DNA from: Deltaproteobacteria bacterium
Lineage (GTDB): Bacteria; Myxococcota_A; UBA9160; SMWR01
Direction: 5' to 3'
Assembly (NCBI GenBank): GCA_032128115.1
Contig: JAQBHB010000052.1
Coordinates: 1-26,631, forward strand
DNA length: 26,631 nt
The notes under the pieces were generated by a model, which searched no databases, was not told the DNA's origin, and saw nothing but the letters and a program-made list of their open reading frames with translations. Shown in pieces: positions 1 through 9,051 of this stretch. A program made the translations under genes and the position numbers. The stretch's first letter is position 1; each line of letters opens with the position of its first letter.

Positions 1-128
1 GCAACCTCGACGAACCCGTAGAACTCGGGCTCCAGGGTTCGTGCGAGATAGGCGAACGCCACGAAGACGAGGACCTTGCTCAGCAACTGTCCGACGGACA
101 ACGCCAGGAAGTCTCGGACTAGCCTCAA
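1..128 (-). CDS. Wzx/MOP-family oligosaccharide flippase, N-terminal part (runs off the window edge)
   Basis: Not in the ORF track. Manual translation gives LRLVRDFLALSVGQLLSKVLVFVAFAYLARTLEPEFYGFVEVA, matching the typical Wzx N-terminus (xxYLARxLGPExYG). A TTG at 128 has AGGAG 9 nt upstream. The frame stays open to ~294, so the start is uncertain. Confidence 0.8.
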   Translation of the reverse strand, partial: MRLVRDFLALSVGQLLSKVLVFVAFAYLARTLEPEFYGFVEV

Positions 129-269
129 TCGCGTGTTCTCCTGCGGTCGGGTCGCGGTGCTTGCATTCGACCTGTCGAACGCGACGAGCGCCTGGCTCGG
201 GAGTTCGTCTGACTCGCGAGGGCGGCACGATCGTGTCGAAACCCTACAAGAGCTGCAGGACTCCGGACT

Positions 270-297
270 AAGATACGAACGTGCCACACCGCGTCAA
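270..297 (-). promoter_or_regulatory. Possible sigma70-type promoter for the flippase
   Basis: TTGACG-N16-TATCTT on the minus strand, in the divergent flippase/GT4 intergenic region. Confidence 0.35.
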
Positions 298-344
298 GGC
301 TGGACGCGGTCATCGAACCACCAGTCCCGCCTCGCCCGCCCGCG

Positions 345-1553
345 ATGAAGCCGCTCAAGATCTGCATGGTGACGACGTTCTATCCGCCGTTCAGCTTCGG
401 CGGCGATGGGATCTTCGTGTACCGCCTGGCCCACGCTCTCGCGGACGTCGGCCATCGCGTCGACGTGATCCACTCCGAGGACGCATACCGGCTGCAACAT
501 CCCGAAGATCCCGAGCGCGAGTTCGCCGAGCACCCGAACGTCACCTGCCACCCGCTCCGCAGCCGTTGGTCGCGCATGAGCGCGCTGAGCGCTCATCAGC
601 TCGGCTCTCCTGGCGCCTATGGGCCGCGCCTACGGGCGTTGCTCGATGACCGCGACTACGACGTCATCCACTACCACAACATATCGCTCATGGGAGGACC
701 CGGCGTGCTCCGCCTCGGCCGCGCGCTGAAACTCTACACTCCACATGAGTACTGGCTGATCTGCCCCACGCACGTGCTGTTCAAATACGACCGCGAGGCT
801 TGCACTGCGCGCGAGTGCCTGCGATGCACGCTGCATTCGCGACGCCCGCCGCAGCTGTGGCGTTACGGTGGCTGGCTCACCGAGTGCATGCGCCACGTCG
901 ACCGGTTCCTGATGCCGAGTCGATTCTCCCTCGAGCGGCACCGCGCAGATGGAATCGACGCGCCGATGACCGTGCTGCCAAGCTTCGTGCCGACGCCGGC
1001 CGCGACCGTCGATCGCGAGGCGGTCTGCGAGCGCCCGTTCTTCCTTTGTGTGGGTCGGCTCGAGAAGCTGAAGGGTATACAGGAAATGATCGAGCTGTTT
1101 CGCGGCTACCGCGCCGCCGACCTGCTGATCATCGGTGAGGGCGGGTACCGGCCGGCCCTGGAACTGCTGGCCCGCGGCCTCGAACACGTGCGGTTCCTGG
1201 GCGCACTGCATCCCTCCGAGCTCGGTGCCTACTACCGACAGGCGATCGCGGTGCTGGTGCCGTCGCTTTGCTACGAGGTGTTTCCCCTGATTCCGATCGA
1301 GGCTCTCGCCCATGGGACGCCCGTCATCGCACGTCGGATCGGCGCCCTGACCGAGGTCGTCGAGGAGAGCGGCGGCGGCTTCACCTTCGACACCCTCGAG
1401 GACTGCGCGCGGGCGATGCGCCGGTTGCAGGGCGACGCGGGACTATGTCGAGAGCTCGGCGACCGGGGCCGCGCGACGGCCTCCGAGAAGTGGACTCCCG
1501 AGGCACACCTCGCGCGCTATCTCGAGATCGTCGAGGAGCTCCGGTCGGCATGA
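345..1553 (+). CDS. GT4-family (GT-B fold) glycosyltransferase
   Basis: N-terminal KICMVTTFYPP..GG, then VGRLEKLKG and the C-terminal E-x7-E motif (YEVFPLIPIEALAHGTPVI). It has a Cys-rich insert (CP..C..C..C). Confidence 0.93.
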   Translation: MKPLKICMVTTFYPPFSFGGDGIFVYRLAHALADVGHRVDVIHSEDAYRLQHPEDPEREFAEHPNVTCHPLRSRWSRMSALSAHQLGSPGAYGPRLRALLDDRDYDVIHYHNISLMGGPGVLRLGRALKLYTPHEYWLICPTHVLFKYDREACTARECLRCTLHSRRPPQLWRYGGWLTECMRHVDRFLMPSRFSLERHRADGIDAPMTVLPSFVPTPAATVDREAVCERPFFLCVGRLEKLKGIQEMIELFRGYRAADLLIIGEGGYRPALELLARGLEHVRFLGALHPSELGAYYRQAIAVLVPSLCYEVFPLIPIEALAHGTPVIARRIGALTEVVEESGGGFTFDTLEDCARAMRRLQGDAGLCRELGDRGRATASEKWTPEAHLARYLEIVEELRSA

Positions 1554-2323
1554 GCAATCGCCTCGCGATTCTCACCTACCATTCTGTCGACGACAGCGGC
1601 TCGGTGCTGTCGACGCACCCCGAGACCCTCGCGCGGCAGATGGCCTGCCTCGCCGAGCTCGGCTATCGGGGCGCCTCCCTCAGCGAAGCCTTGAAGCAGT
1701 CGCGGAGCCTTGGCCATTGGCCGGAGCACACCGTCGCGATCACCTTCGACGACGGTTATGAGAACAATCTGCGCGTTGCGCAGCCCATTCTCGCGCGGCA
1801 CGGCTTCACTGCGTCGAGCTATCTGATCACGGGGCATGTCGGCGGTGAGCACGACTGGGAGCATCCGCCTCCGGGTCTCGGTCGTCGCCCGATCCTCGAC
1901 TGGGCACAGGTCGGCGAGCTGGCGAACGCAGGCTGGGAGATCGGCGCGCACACGCGCACGCATCCGGATTTGCGCAAGCTGCATCCGGAGGCAGTCGAGC
2001 AGGAGATCATCGGCTCGCGCGAGGACATCGAGGAACACTTGAGCCGCCCGGTCGAGACCTTCGCCTATCCGGCAGGCTATTTCTCGGATGCGGCGACTGC
2101 CGTGGTCGCGCGCGCGTTCACGGCCGGGTGCACGACGGTGCTTCGGCGGGCGTCGGGCGACGATCCGCTGCACTCCCTGCCGCGCGTGGACATGTACTAC
2201 TTGCGCGACCCCGAACGCCTGCGGCGTCTGGCGACGGGCCGGCTCGACGCGTATCTCACCTTCCGCCGCCTCGGCCGCCGCACGCGCGCCTTACTCGATC
2301 AGTCCGCTCGCCCGGAGAGGTAG
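1550..2323 (+). CDS. Polysaccharide deacetylase (CE4/NodB family)
   Basis: Starts at ATG 1550 (ATGA overlap with the GT4 stop). Motifs ILTYHSV, AITFDDGY, EIGAHTRTHP, FAYPAG and LPRVD. Confidence 0.93.
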   Translation: MSNRLAILTYHSVDDSGSVLSTHPETLARQMACLAELGYRGASLSEALKQSRSLGHWPEHTVAITFDDGYENNLRVAQPILARHGFTASSYLITGHVGGEHDWEHPPPGLGRRPILDWAQVGELANAGWEIGAHTRTHPDLRKLHPEAVEQEIIGSREDIEEHLSRPVETFAYPAGYFSDAATAVVARAFTAGCTTVLRRASGDDPLHSLPRVDMYYLRDPERLRRLATGRLDAYLTFRRLGRRTRALLDQSARPER

Positions 2324-3243
2324 CCGACCATCTCGCCGAACGACCACGCGATGAACAGCACGAGAAGAATCGGCAAAACTGGCAGGCAGCCGGACCAGAA
2401 GGCTCCGCGGCTCCAGGCGATGCGCACGGTCCGCGCCGCGAGCAACAGGGGCAGCGCCAGACAGAACGCCGCGTATACGAGCCGCTTCGAGAGCGGCACC
2501 CCCCTTACGCGCGTGCCGCCGAAGGAGCGACCCCACACAAAGCGCTCCCGCAACACCTCGCCCCACCCGAGCTGTCCGCGTTCCTGGTAGATGATCGCGG
2601 CCGGGGTCAGCCAGATCTGGTGCCCGCGCTCGAGAAGCGCACCGTTCACGAGGGTCTCGTGGAAGTCGTCCTCCCAGACGTCTCTCAGGCTCTGGAGCAC
2701 CTCGCGTCGATACGCGAGGTTGGCATCGCTCACGAACGGCGAGGTCGATTCCGCAAACGGAAGCTGATAGCGCCAGAAGTCGGACAGACACACCGCGCGG
2801 TTGATCAAGCGCGAGTTGCCACAGCCCATACCGCCCCCGACCACGCCTGCATCCGGATGGCGCTCGAGCGCGTCGAGCAGCCCGCGGCACCAACCCGGGT
2901 CGGCGCGGCCGACGTCTTCCAGCATCGCCACCACCCGACCTCGCGCGCGGCGCAATCCGACCGTGCGAATCGAGTCGTGATGCTCGCGGCTCGAACCGGA
3001 GCGCGCCGCGGCGGTGTCGAGTCCTTCGGCGCGGATGAACTCGACCTCCGGGAACTCGGTGCTCAAGCAGGTGACATCAGCGACCGGATCGTCATACGGG
3101 ACGAGGATCTCCAGGCCCGGGAACCGCTGCGCGTCGAGCGCCGTGAGGCAAGTGCGCAAGTGCTCCACTGCGCCGGAGACGAGCGCGACGACGACCGTGA
3201 GCTCGGTAGTCGAGTTCTCCACCACGTCGACTTCGCTTCCCAT
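2299..3243 (-). CDS. GT2-family glycosyltransferase with C-terminal membrane helices
   Basis: LTVVVAL..CL.AL..Q....EILV, ARGRVVAMLED, ANLAYRREVL and R.RFVWG motifs, then a hydrophobic C-terminus. It overlaps the deacetylase 3' end by 25 nt, convergently. Confidence 0.85.
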   Translation of the reverse strand: MGSEVDVVENSTTELTVVVALVSGAVEHLRTCLTALDAQRFPGLEILVPYDDPVADVTCLSTEFPEVEFIRAEGLDTAAARSGSSREHHDSIRTVGLRRARGRVVAMLEDVGRADPGWCRGLLDALERHPDAGVVGGGMGCGNSRLINRAVCLSDFWRYQLPFAESTSPFVSDANLAYRREVLQSLRDVWEDDFHETLVNGALLERGHQIWLTPAAIIYQERGQLGWGEVLRERFVWGRSFGGTRVRGVPLSKRLVYAAFCLALPLLLAARTVRIAWSRGAFWSGCLPVLPILLVLFIAWSFGEMVGYLSGRAD

Positions 3244-3605
3244 CGCTCTGTTTTCCAGTTTCCTATTCTAGGCCGGGCCCCGCCGTCGGCTATCACCGGC
3301 CCAGCGAGGAGTGCGCGTGTCTCGAGTGAACCGAACGCCGGAGCCGTTCAGCCTGTCCAGTGGCCCGGACAGGTTCGCCTCTTCGCCCAGAACCGAGGGA
3401 ACGCGCTCCCCGCCCGCTCCGGTGCCGCAGAGATCGAGGCGCTTCACGAACGATCCGCCGGGGTTCCGGGTTCCCCCGCGCCAGCGGGCAGAGAAACACC
3501 GTTGGCTCGTGGGCGGCGCAGGGATCTCAGATGGACGCAGCGTTCGTGGAGCTCGCGAACGAGGGCTCGGCTCGCCCCGCCAGGGGCTTTACGCAACACC
3601 CATAC

Positions 3606-3629
3606 TCGCACCTAGAGTCGCACCTAGAG
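3606..3629. repeat. 12-bp perfect tandem duplication (TCGCACCTAGAG x2)
   Basis: Directly visible in the intergenic region. Confidence 0.85.
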
Positions 3630-3773
3630 CCAGAACGCAGCCTGAACTTCCTATGCCCGATTCCGGCTCGCGTGCGAAACGCCCACCCGTCGAGGGACGG
3701 TAGATCCGCGCCGACAACCTTCGCCCCCGGTGAAGCTGCGGAGCGCCGCCTTCGAGGCCGCGGGGAGAACCTC

Positions 3774-4691
3774 CTACGGCTCGAAGAAGAATCGCCACAG
3801 AATCGTCCCTCGCTGGATTCCCGCGACGAAAGACGCCTTGCCGTTGAGCGTGGCTCGGGTCCCGTTTTTGTTGACCGTAATCCCCAGGTAGGCCGGCTTC
3901 TTGCGAAAGTCCACTCGATCATTAGATGATGAACGCTCGGCGAAGGCTTGCTTCAGGGCCGTGAGGGATCGCGCATCGAAGTCCATCTGGAAACGCCGGC
4001 CCGACCGACCCTCGGGAATGTAGGTACCGCGATAGACCTGGTTTCCCTCGTCGCCCCCGACCCACCGACCGTCCGTGTCCATGCTGAAGAAACGCCACGC
4101 TGAATGATCGTCTCTGGCTTGCCGGCTCCTCAGCTTGTCGGTCCCAATGAGATTCGTCGAACACCACGGGCTGCAAGCCAGGTCGGCCTCAGTCGGACGG
4201 TTGTCCGCGTCGCAGATGTCCCCGGTCCCGTCGTCGTCTACGTCGTATTGGTCCGAATTTACATCACCGGGACAGTTGTCTACGGCGTCACTATGTCCGT
4301 CGCCGTCGCTATCGAGACCGGCGCCGTATTCCGGTATTTCGAAATCCGGACGACGCACCAGCTCGTTCGAGAAGTCGCTCTCCACATCCTGGACGTCGAA
4401 GGCGGTCATGGCGATGTAGATCGTGGCGTCGTCGAATACCTCAGTGTCGACGGAGAAGACTCCGTTCGCATCGGCCGCAGGCAGGCCGACCTCGATCATG
4501 TCCGAATAGTCGCCGGATCTAAGTCCCATGTACACGACGAAGCCCATGATCGGCGACGGCGACGGGTTCGGGTCCATCCAGCGGACGGTCTCCGTCCGCG
4601 CGTGACCGCTCTCCGGCAGGCCGAGAACCAGCTGGAAGAAGACCGCGCCTGCGAGCGCGCGCAGCGCCTTGTGATTAGACCGGGTTCTCAT
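3774..4691 (-). CDS. Secreted protein with an Ig/Fn3-like N-terminal domain and thrombospondin type-3 (Ca-binding) repeats
   Basis: Signal-peptide-like MRTRSNHKALRALAGAVFFQLVLGLPESGHA. Fn3-like segment W.DP....I.GF.VY.G..SG.Y...Y.A.TAFD...ESDFSNE. TSP3 motif DSDGDGHSDAVDNCP...N.DQ.D.DDDG.GD.CD. Start set at ATG 4691 rather than 4901. Confidence 0.75.
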   Translation of the reverse strand: MRTRSNHKALRALAGAVFFQLVLGLPESGHARTETVRWMDPNPSPSPIMGFVVYMGLRSGDYSDMIEVGLPAADANGVFSVDTEVFDDATIYIAMTAFDVQDVESDFSNELVRRPDFEIPEYGAGLDSDGDGHSDAVDNCPGDVNSDQYDVDDDGTGDICDADNRPTEADLACSPWCSTNLIGTDKLRSRQARDDHSAWRFFSMDTDGRWVGGDEGNQVYRGTYIPEGRSGRRFQMDFDARSLTALKQAFAERSSSNDRVDFRKKPAYLGITVNKNGTRATLNGKASFVAGIQRGTILWRFFFEP

Positions 4692-4999
4692 GCGAAGCGC
4701 CCCAGGTGGGAGTGCATCTCGAGCCATGCACACGTTACGGCTACCCCCCCGATCGGCCCCGTGATCCCAGTCACCAAAATTTCGAAGGGGTGAAATCGCC
4801 CCATGGAAACCGGCGGGCTGGACCAGATTTCGAACGGAACGGCCGCCGGGTGGCCCACAGAGTGCGCGCTCGATGCGGGCTTGAGACGGATAGCTGCGCA
4901 TCGGAGAAGCGGGGAGGCGAGATCCGGTGGCACCGGGATGACATGGAGAGTCCGGAAGCCACCTGCCGGGCCCCTGGGGCGTGGTGCGCTTCTTCGCGG

Positions 5000-5400
5000 C
5001 TACGAGATTCGCGGCACGGAGCCGAGCGCCGGCGCCGGCAGGCCGGGGTCTGCACTCGTCCCGGCAAAGCGGGCGGCCGGACGCGGCGCCCGCATGCGCC
5101 CCGCGCTCGGGTGTTCAGTCTCGACGAGCGGCCCGTTGTCGACCACCTGGGGATCCCGGTGGAGCGCCTCGACACGGTTCACCGGCGCGTACAGAACGTC
5201 GCAGGCTTCGAGCCGCGCTGCGAGCTCCGCGGTCGTCTGCGCGCGGGTGATCGCCTCGAGGATTTCGCCGAGGGCCCCCGCGTGGGTCATGGACTCGGTG
5301 ACGCCCTCGTCGAGATAGGTGTGGTTCTGCATCCCGTCGGTCCACAGGAACGCAACCGAGGCGTCGAGCATCGCGAGGCGCACGTGCTGGCTGCCCCCGC
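5000..5400 (-). pseudogene. Remnant of a CaiB/BaiF family III CoA-transferase (C-terminal part)
   Basis: GSQHVRLAMLDA..FLW, L.A.DV.YAPVN..E....DPQV, EHP.AG and PAPALG are family III CoA-transferase C-terminal motifs. The N-terminal half is missing, an internal segment appears to be missing, and the C-terminus is truncated. Confidence 0.7.
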
Positions 5401-5451
5401 CGCCCCCCCCCGCCTCCGCCGAATGGGGGAGGGGACGAGGATGGGGGCAGG

Positions 5452-5571
5452 TTCTGGATCATGAACGGCGCTTCCGCGACCAGCGTTCAGGCGTTCGAGG
5501 TGCCGAGCAAGAACCGGCAGCTCGTCGGCTTCGGTGACGTGGACGGGGAGGGTACCGACGACCTGGTCTAG
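5452..5571 (+). pseudogene. Degenerate single FG-GAP/VCBS repeat fragment
   Basis: Manual translation FWIMNGASATSVQAFEVPSKNRQLVGFGDVDGEGTDDLV* matches the W.MNG...W.IVG.GDFDGDG.DDL.W repeat. The terminal Trp position is TAG and the other Trp position is CGG. Confidence 0.6.
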
Positions 5572-5579
5572 CAGGAGCC

Positions 5580-6986
5580 TCAGCTAGCACCCGTGCCCCG
5601 CAGCACGGCGGGCAGGGTGCGCAGCAGGATGGCGAGGTCGGCGGCCAGCGACCAGTTGTCGATGTACTGGAGGTCGAGCTTCACCCAGTCGGCAAAGCCG
5701 ACGTCGTTGCGCCCCATCACCTGCCACCAGCATGTGAGGCCCGGCCGCATCGAGAGACGGCGGCGCTCGAAGGTGGCGTACTGCTCCACCTCGTCCGGGA
5801 TCGGCGGTCGCGGACCCACGAGGCTCATGTTGCCCGCCAGCACGTTCCAGAGCTGGGGAACCTCGTCCAGGCTCCAGCGCCGCAGGAAGCGCCCGACCCG
5901 CGTGATTCTAGGGTCGTCGTGGACCTTGAACACGGGTCCGTCCATCTCGTTCAGGTGGAGCAGCCGCCCGAGGCGCGCCTCGGCGTCGGGGCACATGGTG
6001 CGGAACTTGAGCATCTCGAAGCGGCGACCGTTGACGCCGCAGCGCACCTGGCGGAACAGGATCGGCCCCTTCGAGTCCCGGCGGATTGCGGCCGCCACGG
6101 TGGCCAGCAAGGGGGCCATCAGCACCAGCAGGACGCCTGCGCCGAGGATGTCCAAACCCCGCTTGATCGCAAGCGCGGTGCTGCTGTGGTGCACGACCGA
6201 GAAGCTGAGGGCGGGCTGACCGCCCATGGGCATCGGGCGCGGCGCGGGGAAATAGTCACCGAACAGATCCGAGAGCACCGTGACGGAAATGCCGGCCTTG
6301 GCGCACTCGGCAACCGCCGGGGAGACGGTTATCAGGAGCGAGAGCGGCGCCGCCACGATCACCTCGTCGATCACGTTCTCTCGGAGCAGCCGCGGAATGT
6401 CGACCAGCTTGTGGACGCGAGCGCCCGCCAAGCGGGGATCCACGGGCGAATCGGCATCGTCCACGAAGCCAATCACGTTGAGGCCCCACTCCGGGTGGGC
6501 GCGGATCAGTTCGGCCACACCCGAAGCTCGGGGACCCGAGCCGAAGATCAGGACCTCGCGGTAGTTGCGCCCCGCTCGCCGCAGCGAGCGAAGGATCACG
6601 ACGGTGAGGAGGCGAAAGGTCCCGACTGCCAGCGTCTGGGCGACGCCGCACAGCATCACGAAGGGGCCGATCAACGGCGGCTTGAGGGCGAGCCTCGCGG
6701 CTCCCAGAGCGGCAGTGCAGAACACACCCGCCACTAGCAGGCGCACGACGATCCGGTAGAGGCTCAGGCGCCGCATTGATCCATAGAACCCGAGGATTTC
6801 GAGGAACATCGGCCACGACAACGCCGCCACGAGCCCCAGAGCGACCAAGCGGACCGGTGTCAAGTTCGCGTCGGGCGACAGGCCCGCACCGGTCGAAGAA
6901 ACGACGAACACGAAGACGACACCGGCGACAACGGTGTCGGCGGTGCGCAAGAGCGACCCGAGACGAGGAGCCTGTGACCTGAGCAA
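5580..6986 (-). CDS. Priming undecaprenyl-phosphate sugar phosphotransferase (WcaJ/WbaP/CpsE family)
   Basis: N-terminal TM helices and a Rossmann-like VLIFGSG segment. C-terminal KR.LDI, FRQ.R.G.NG..F...KFRTM, DPRITRVGRFLRRWSLDEVPQLWNVL.G.MSLVGPRP, PGLT and DL.YI.NWSL..D motifs. Confidence 0.95.
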   Translation of the reverse strand: MLRSQAPRLGSLLRTADTVVAGVVFVFVVSSTGAGLSPDANLTPVRLVALGLVAALSWPMFLEILGFYGSMRRLSLYRIVVRLLVAGVFCTAALGAARLALKPPLIGPFVMLCGVAQTLAVGTFRLLTVVILRSLRRAGRNYREVLIFGSGPRASGVAELIRAHPEWGLNVIGFVDDADSPVDPRLAGARVHKLVDIPRLLRENVIDEVIVAAPLSLLITVSPAVAECAKAGISVTVLSDLFGDYFPAPRPMPMGGQPALSFSVVHHSSTALAIKRGLDILGAGVLLVLMAPLLATVAAAIRRDSKGPILFRQVRCGVNGRRFEMLKFRTMCPDAEARLGRLLHLNEMDGPVFKVHDDPRITRVGRFLRRWSLDEVPQLWNVLAGNMSLVGPRPPIPDEVEQYATFERRRLSMRPGLTCWWQVMGRNDVGFADWVKLDLQYIDNWSLAADLAILLRTLPAVLRGTGAS

Positions 6987-7066
6987 TGCCTTCTGTCTCT
7001 TTCGTCCGGGGCCTGCAGAGCGCCAAGGAAGGATCTAGGGGGGAAACCCCTCATTAGCATCTATGT

Positions 7067-7084
7067 TGTGTGCATTGTCACACA
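7067..7084. promoter_or_regulatory. Palindromic activator-binding site candidate (TGTGTG-N6-CACACA; also TGTGT-N6-TCACA, CRP/FNR-like)
   Basis: Dyad in an AT-rich divergent intergenic region. It matches the TGTGA-N6-TCACA core at 9 of 10 positions. Confidence 0.45.
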
Positions 7085-7196
7085 TGTGCCGATCTTGGTA
7101 AAATAAAAAGGCGTTTCCTGCGATAAATTTTCTTGATGACAGAAAGGGCACGTTTCTAGGCGGGTATGCGTTTTTTCGCCTCGTAACCACTGGGTA

Positions 7197-7213
7197 TCGG
7201 CAGCCCGTGTGCA
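7197..7213 (+). promoter_or_regulatory. Candidate sigma54 (-24/-12) promoter for the ATPase-kinase-chain-length operon
   Basis: TCGGCAGCCCGTGTGCA has GG-N10-GC spacing with GGCA...TGCA, about 100 nt upstream of the ATG at 7311. Confidence 0.4.
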
Positions 7214-7310
7214 GGTGCGCATCACCTTATGTGTGGGGATGTACACCCATTGGCAGGGCCCGCGTCGTGTCGGATACCCTTACACTCGTCACCCCGGGGG
7301 AGTCCCTCCC

Positions 7311-8174
7311 ATGTACGAATGCTTCTTTGGCCTGAGGGAGCCTGCCTTCTCCTTGACCCCGGACCCGCGTTTCCTGTGGCTCTCAGAGACCCACGAGGAG
7401 GGCCTGGCGGCCCTCCTATACGGGATCACCTCCCGCAAGGGCTTCGTCCTCCTCACGGGCGAGGTAGGCGCCGGCAAGACGACCCTGCTGAGAGCCGCCC
7501 TCAAGCGACTCCCCGAGGGGACAGACGTGGCCATGATCCTGAACACGGCAGGTCTGGCCCGGCTCGACCTTCTCCGACTGATCGCAGCCGATCTGCGTCT
7601 GCCGATCAAGCCGCACAACAAGGGTGACTTCGTCCTGGCCCTCAACGCTCTGCTGATGCAGCGGCTCCGGAGCGGCCAGAACACGGTCCTGATCGTCGAT
7701 GAGGCGCAGAACCTCTCCATCGAGGCTCTGGAGGAGATCCGACTGCTTTCGAACCTGGAGACGGAAACCGAGAAGCTCCTCCAGATCGTGCTCACGGGCC
7801 AGCCGGAGCTGCGCCAGAAGCTGGCGGACCCGAGCCTGCGCGCCATCCGCCAGCGCATTGCGCTCGATCACCACGTCGAGCCTCTCGGGCCCGAGGAGAT
7901 CCAGCCCTACCTCGCGCACCGCATCCAGGTCGCAGGAGGCGAGTACGAGTCCGTCTTCGCACCCGGGACGGAGGAGCTCTTCTTCGACTGCTCCCAGGGC
8001 CACCCGCGCGTGATCAACCTGTTGGCGGACCGCGCGATGCTCGGCGCCTATGCCAGGCAGATGCGACCCGTCCCGCGTGCCCTCCTCGAGCGCAAGGCCA
8101 AGCAACTGGAGGGGCTGCTCGAGTCGCGCCCGCCGCTCGAATTGGACCTCTGGCCGCTCGAAGAGGACTTCTGA
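7311..8174 (+). CDS. ExeA/GspA-like AAA ATPase (EPS/PEP-CTERM-associated type)
   Basis: MYE.FFGL.E.AFSLTPDP.FL, Walker A GEVGAGKT, Walker B LIVDEAQNL, LQIVLTGQPEL and S.G.PR.IN.L.DRA. GGGGAG RBS before the ATG at 7311. Confidence 0.92.
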   Translation: MYECFFGLREPAFSLTPDPRFLWLSETHEEGLAALLYGITSRKGFVLLTGEVGAGKTTLLRAALKRLPEGTDVAMILNTAGLARLDLLRLIAADLRLPIKPHNKGDFVLALNALLMQRLRSGQNTVLIVDEAQNLSIEALEEIRLLSNLETETEKLLQIVLTGQPELRQKLADPSLRAIRQRIALDHHVEPLGPEEIQPYLAHRIQVAGGEYESVFAPGTEELFFDCSQGHPRVINLLADRAMLGAYARQMRPVPRALLERKAKQLEGLLESRPPLELDLWPLEEDF

Positions 8175-8175
8175 G

Positions 8176-9051
8176 TTGGGCGAGATCAGCGAGGCCCTGC
8201 GGCGGGCCCGACAAGACCGCGAGGCCGTCGCCCATGAGCCCAGTGCGCGGGAGGTCACGGAACTTGGAGGGCCGGCTAGGCGGGCCAGCCCTGTTCAGGC
8301 ACCACCCGTTCCCATCGATCGCACCCAGAGCGAGGGCTGGCCGGCGCGAGCGGTTCTGGCCAAGGGCCAGCGAGGCGTTGCGGAGGGATTTCGGCAACTC
8401 GCAGTCCGCGTCGAACAAGAACTTGCCGGTCGCAATCAGAAAGCGCTGCTGGTCTGCAGCGGCCAGCGGCAAGAGGGCAAGACGCTTACGAGCTGCAATC
8501 TGGCTCTTGCGCTGGCATCCCTGAGCGCCGGACGCCGTATTGCGCTCGTGGATCTCGACCTCCGCAAGCCATCGGTGGCCCGTGCACTTGGGATCGAAGC
8601 TGGGGTGGGCGTCGAACGGGTGTTGCGTGACGACCTCCCCATCGCCGGAGCGAAGATCGCCACGGACCTCGAATCGCTGGACGTCTATGCCGCCGACAGG
8701 CCCGACCGCGACGCCCACACGCTGCTCTCCACCGCTGCCTTCACGCGCATGATCCGTGACCTGGAGGAGAGCTACTCGACGATCATTTTCGATACACCGC
8801 CGATCCTGTTGGTTCCCGATGTCGCGCTCATCGCTCCGCGGATCGGCGCTTGCTTGCTCGTGGCTCGAGCGGGATCGACTCGCCGGAAAGCCATTCACGA
8901 CGCCCTTCGACCTCTACCGCCGGAGGCCCTGATCGGGGTCTTTCTCAACGACGCGCGCGCGCGGGGCGGAAGGCTGCGGTACTACGCGGACTACTACGGA
9001 GAAGAGGACGACGAGGCGCGGGATCGCCTCGAGGAAGACCTGCATGGTTGA
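8176..9051 (+). CDS. Bacterial tyrosine kinase (CpsD/CapB, Wzc C-terminal domain)
   Basis: TTG start (MGEISEALRRA). Walker A S....EGKT, A' LVDLDLRKP, Walker B IIFDTPP, and a C-terminal Tyr cluster (RYYADYY). Confidence 0.92.
   Translation: MGEISEALRRARQDREAVAHEPSAREVTELGGPARRASPVQAPPVPIDRTQSEGWPARAVLAKGQRGVAEGFRQLAVRVEQELAGRNQKALLVCSGQRQEGKTLTSCNLALALASLSAGRRIALVDLDLRKPSVARALGIEAGVGVERVLRDDLPIAGAKIATDLESLDVYAADRPDRDAHTLLSTAAFTRMIRDLEESYSTIIFDTPPILLVPDVALIAPRIGACLLVARAGSTRRKAIHDALRPLPPEALIGVFLNDARARGGRLRYYADYYGEEDDEARDRLEEDLHG

Noticed and set aside
1268..1549. Long N-terminal extensions in the ORF track (deacetylase here; likewise the ATPase, kinase, astA, apbE, top6A and the 16718 ORF)
   Set aside because: The extensions overlap upstream genes or intergenic DNA. 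Better starts with an RBS or a stop/start overlap exist downstream.
3455..3490. tRNA-like GGTTC...CCA segment
   Set aside because: No cloverleaf or proper T-loop can be built.
2128..3615. 495-aa plus-strand ORF
   Set aside because: It is antisense to the GT2 gene and has no motifs.
4692..5000. Riboswitch (e.g. c-di-GMP) upstream of the TSP3 gene
   Set aside because: I saw no recognisable consensus such as GGCAAAC...GAAA...GACGCAAAG. Infernal would be needed to exclude it.
8618..8628. GGGTGTTGCGT complementary to the motif at 3591-3601 (possible transposon ends)
   Set aside because: The match is short and lies inside the intact kinase CDS, so it is probably chance.
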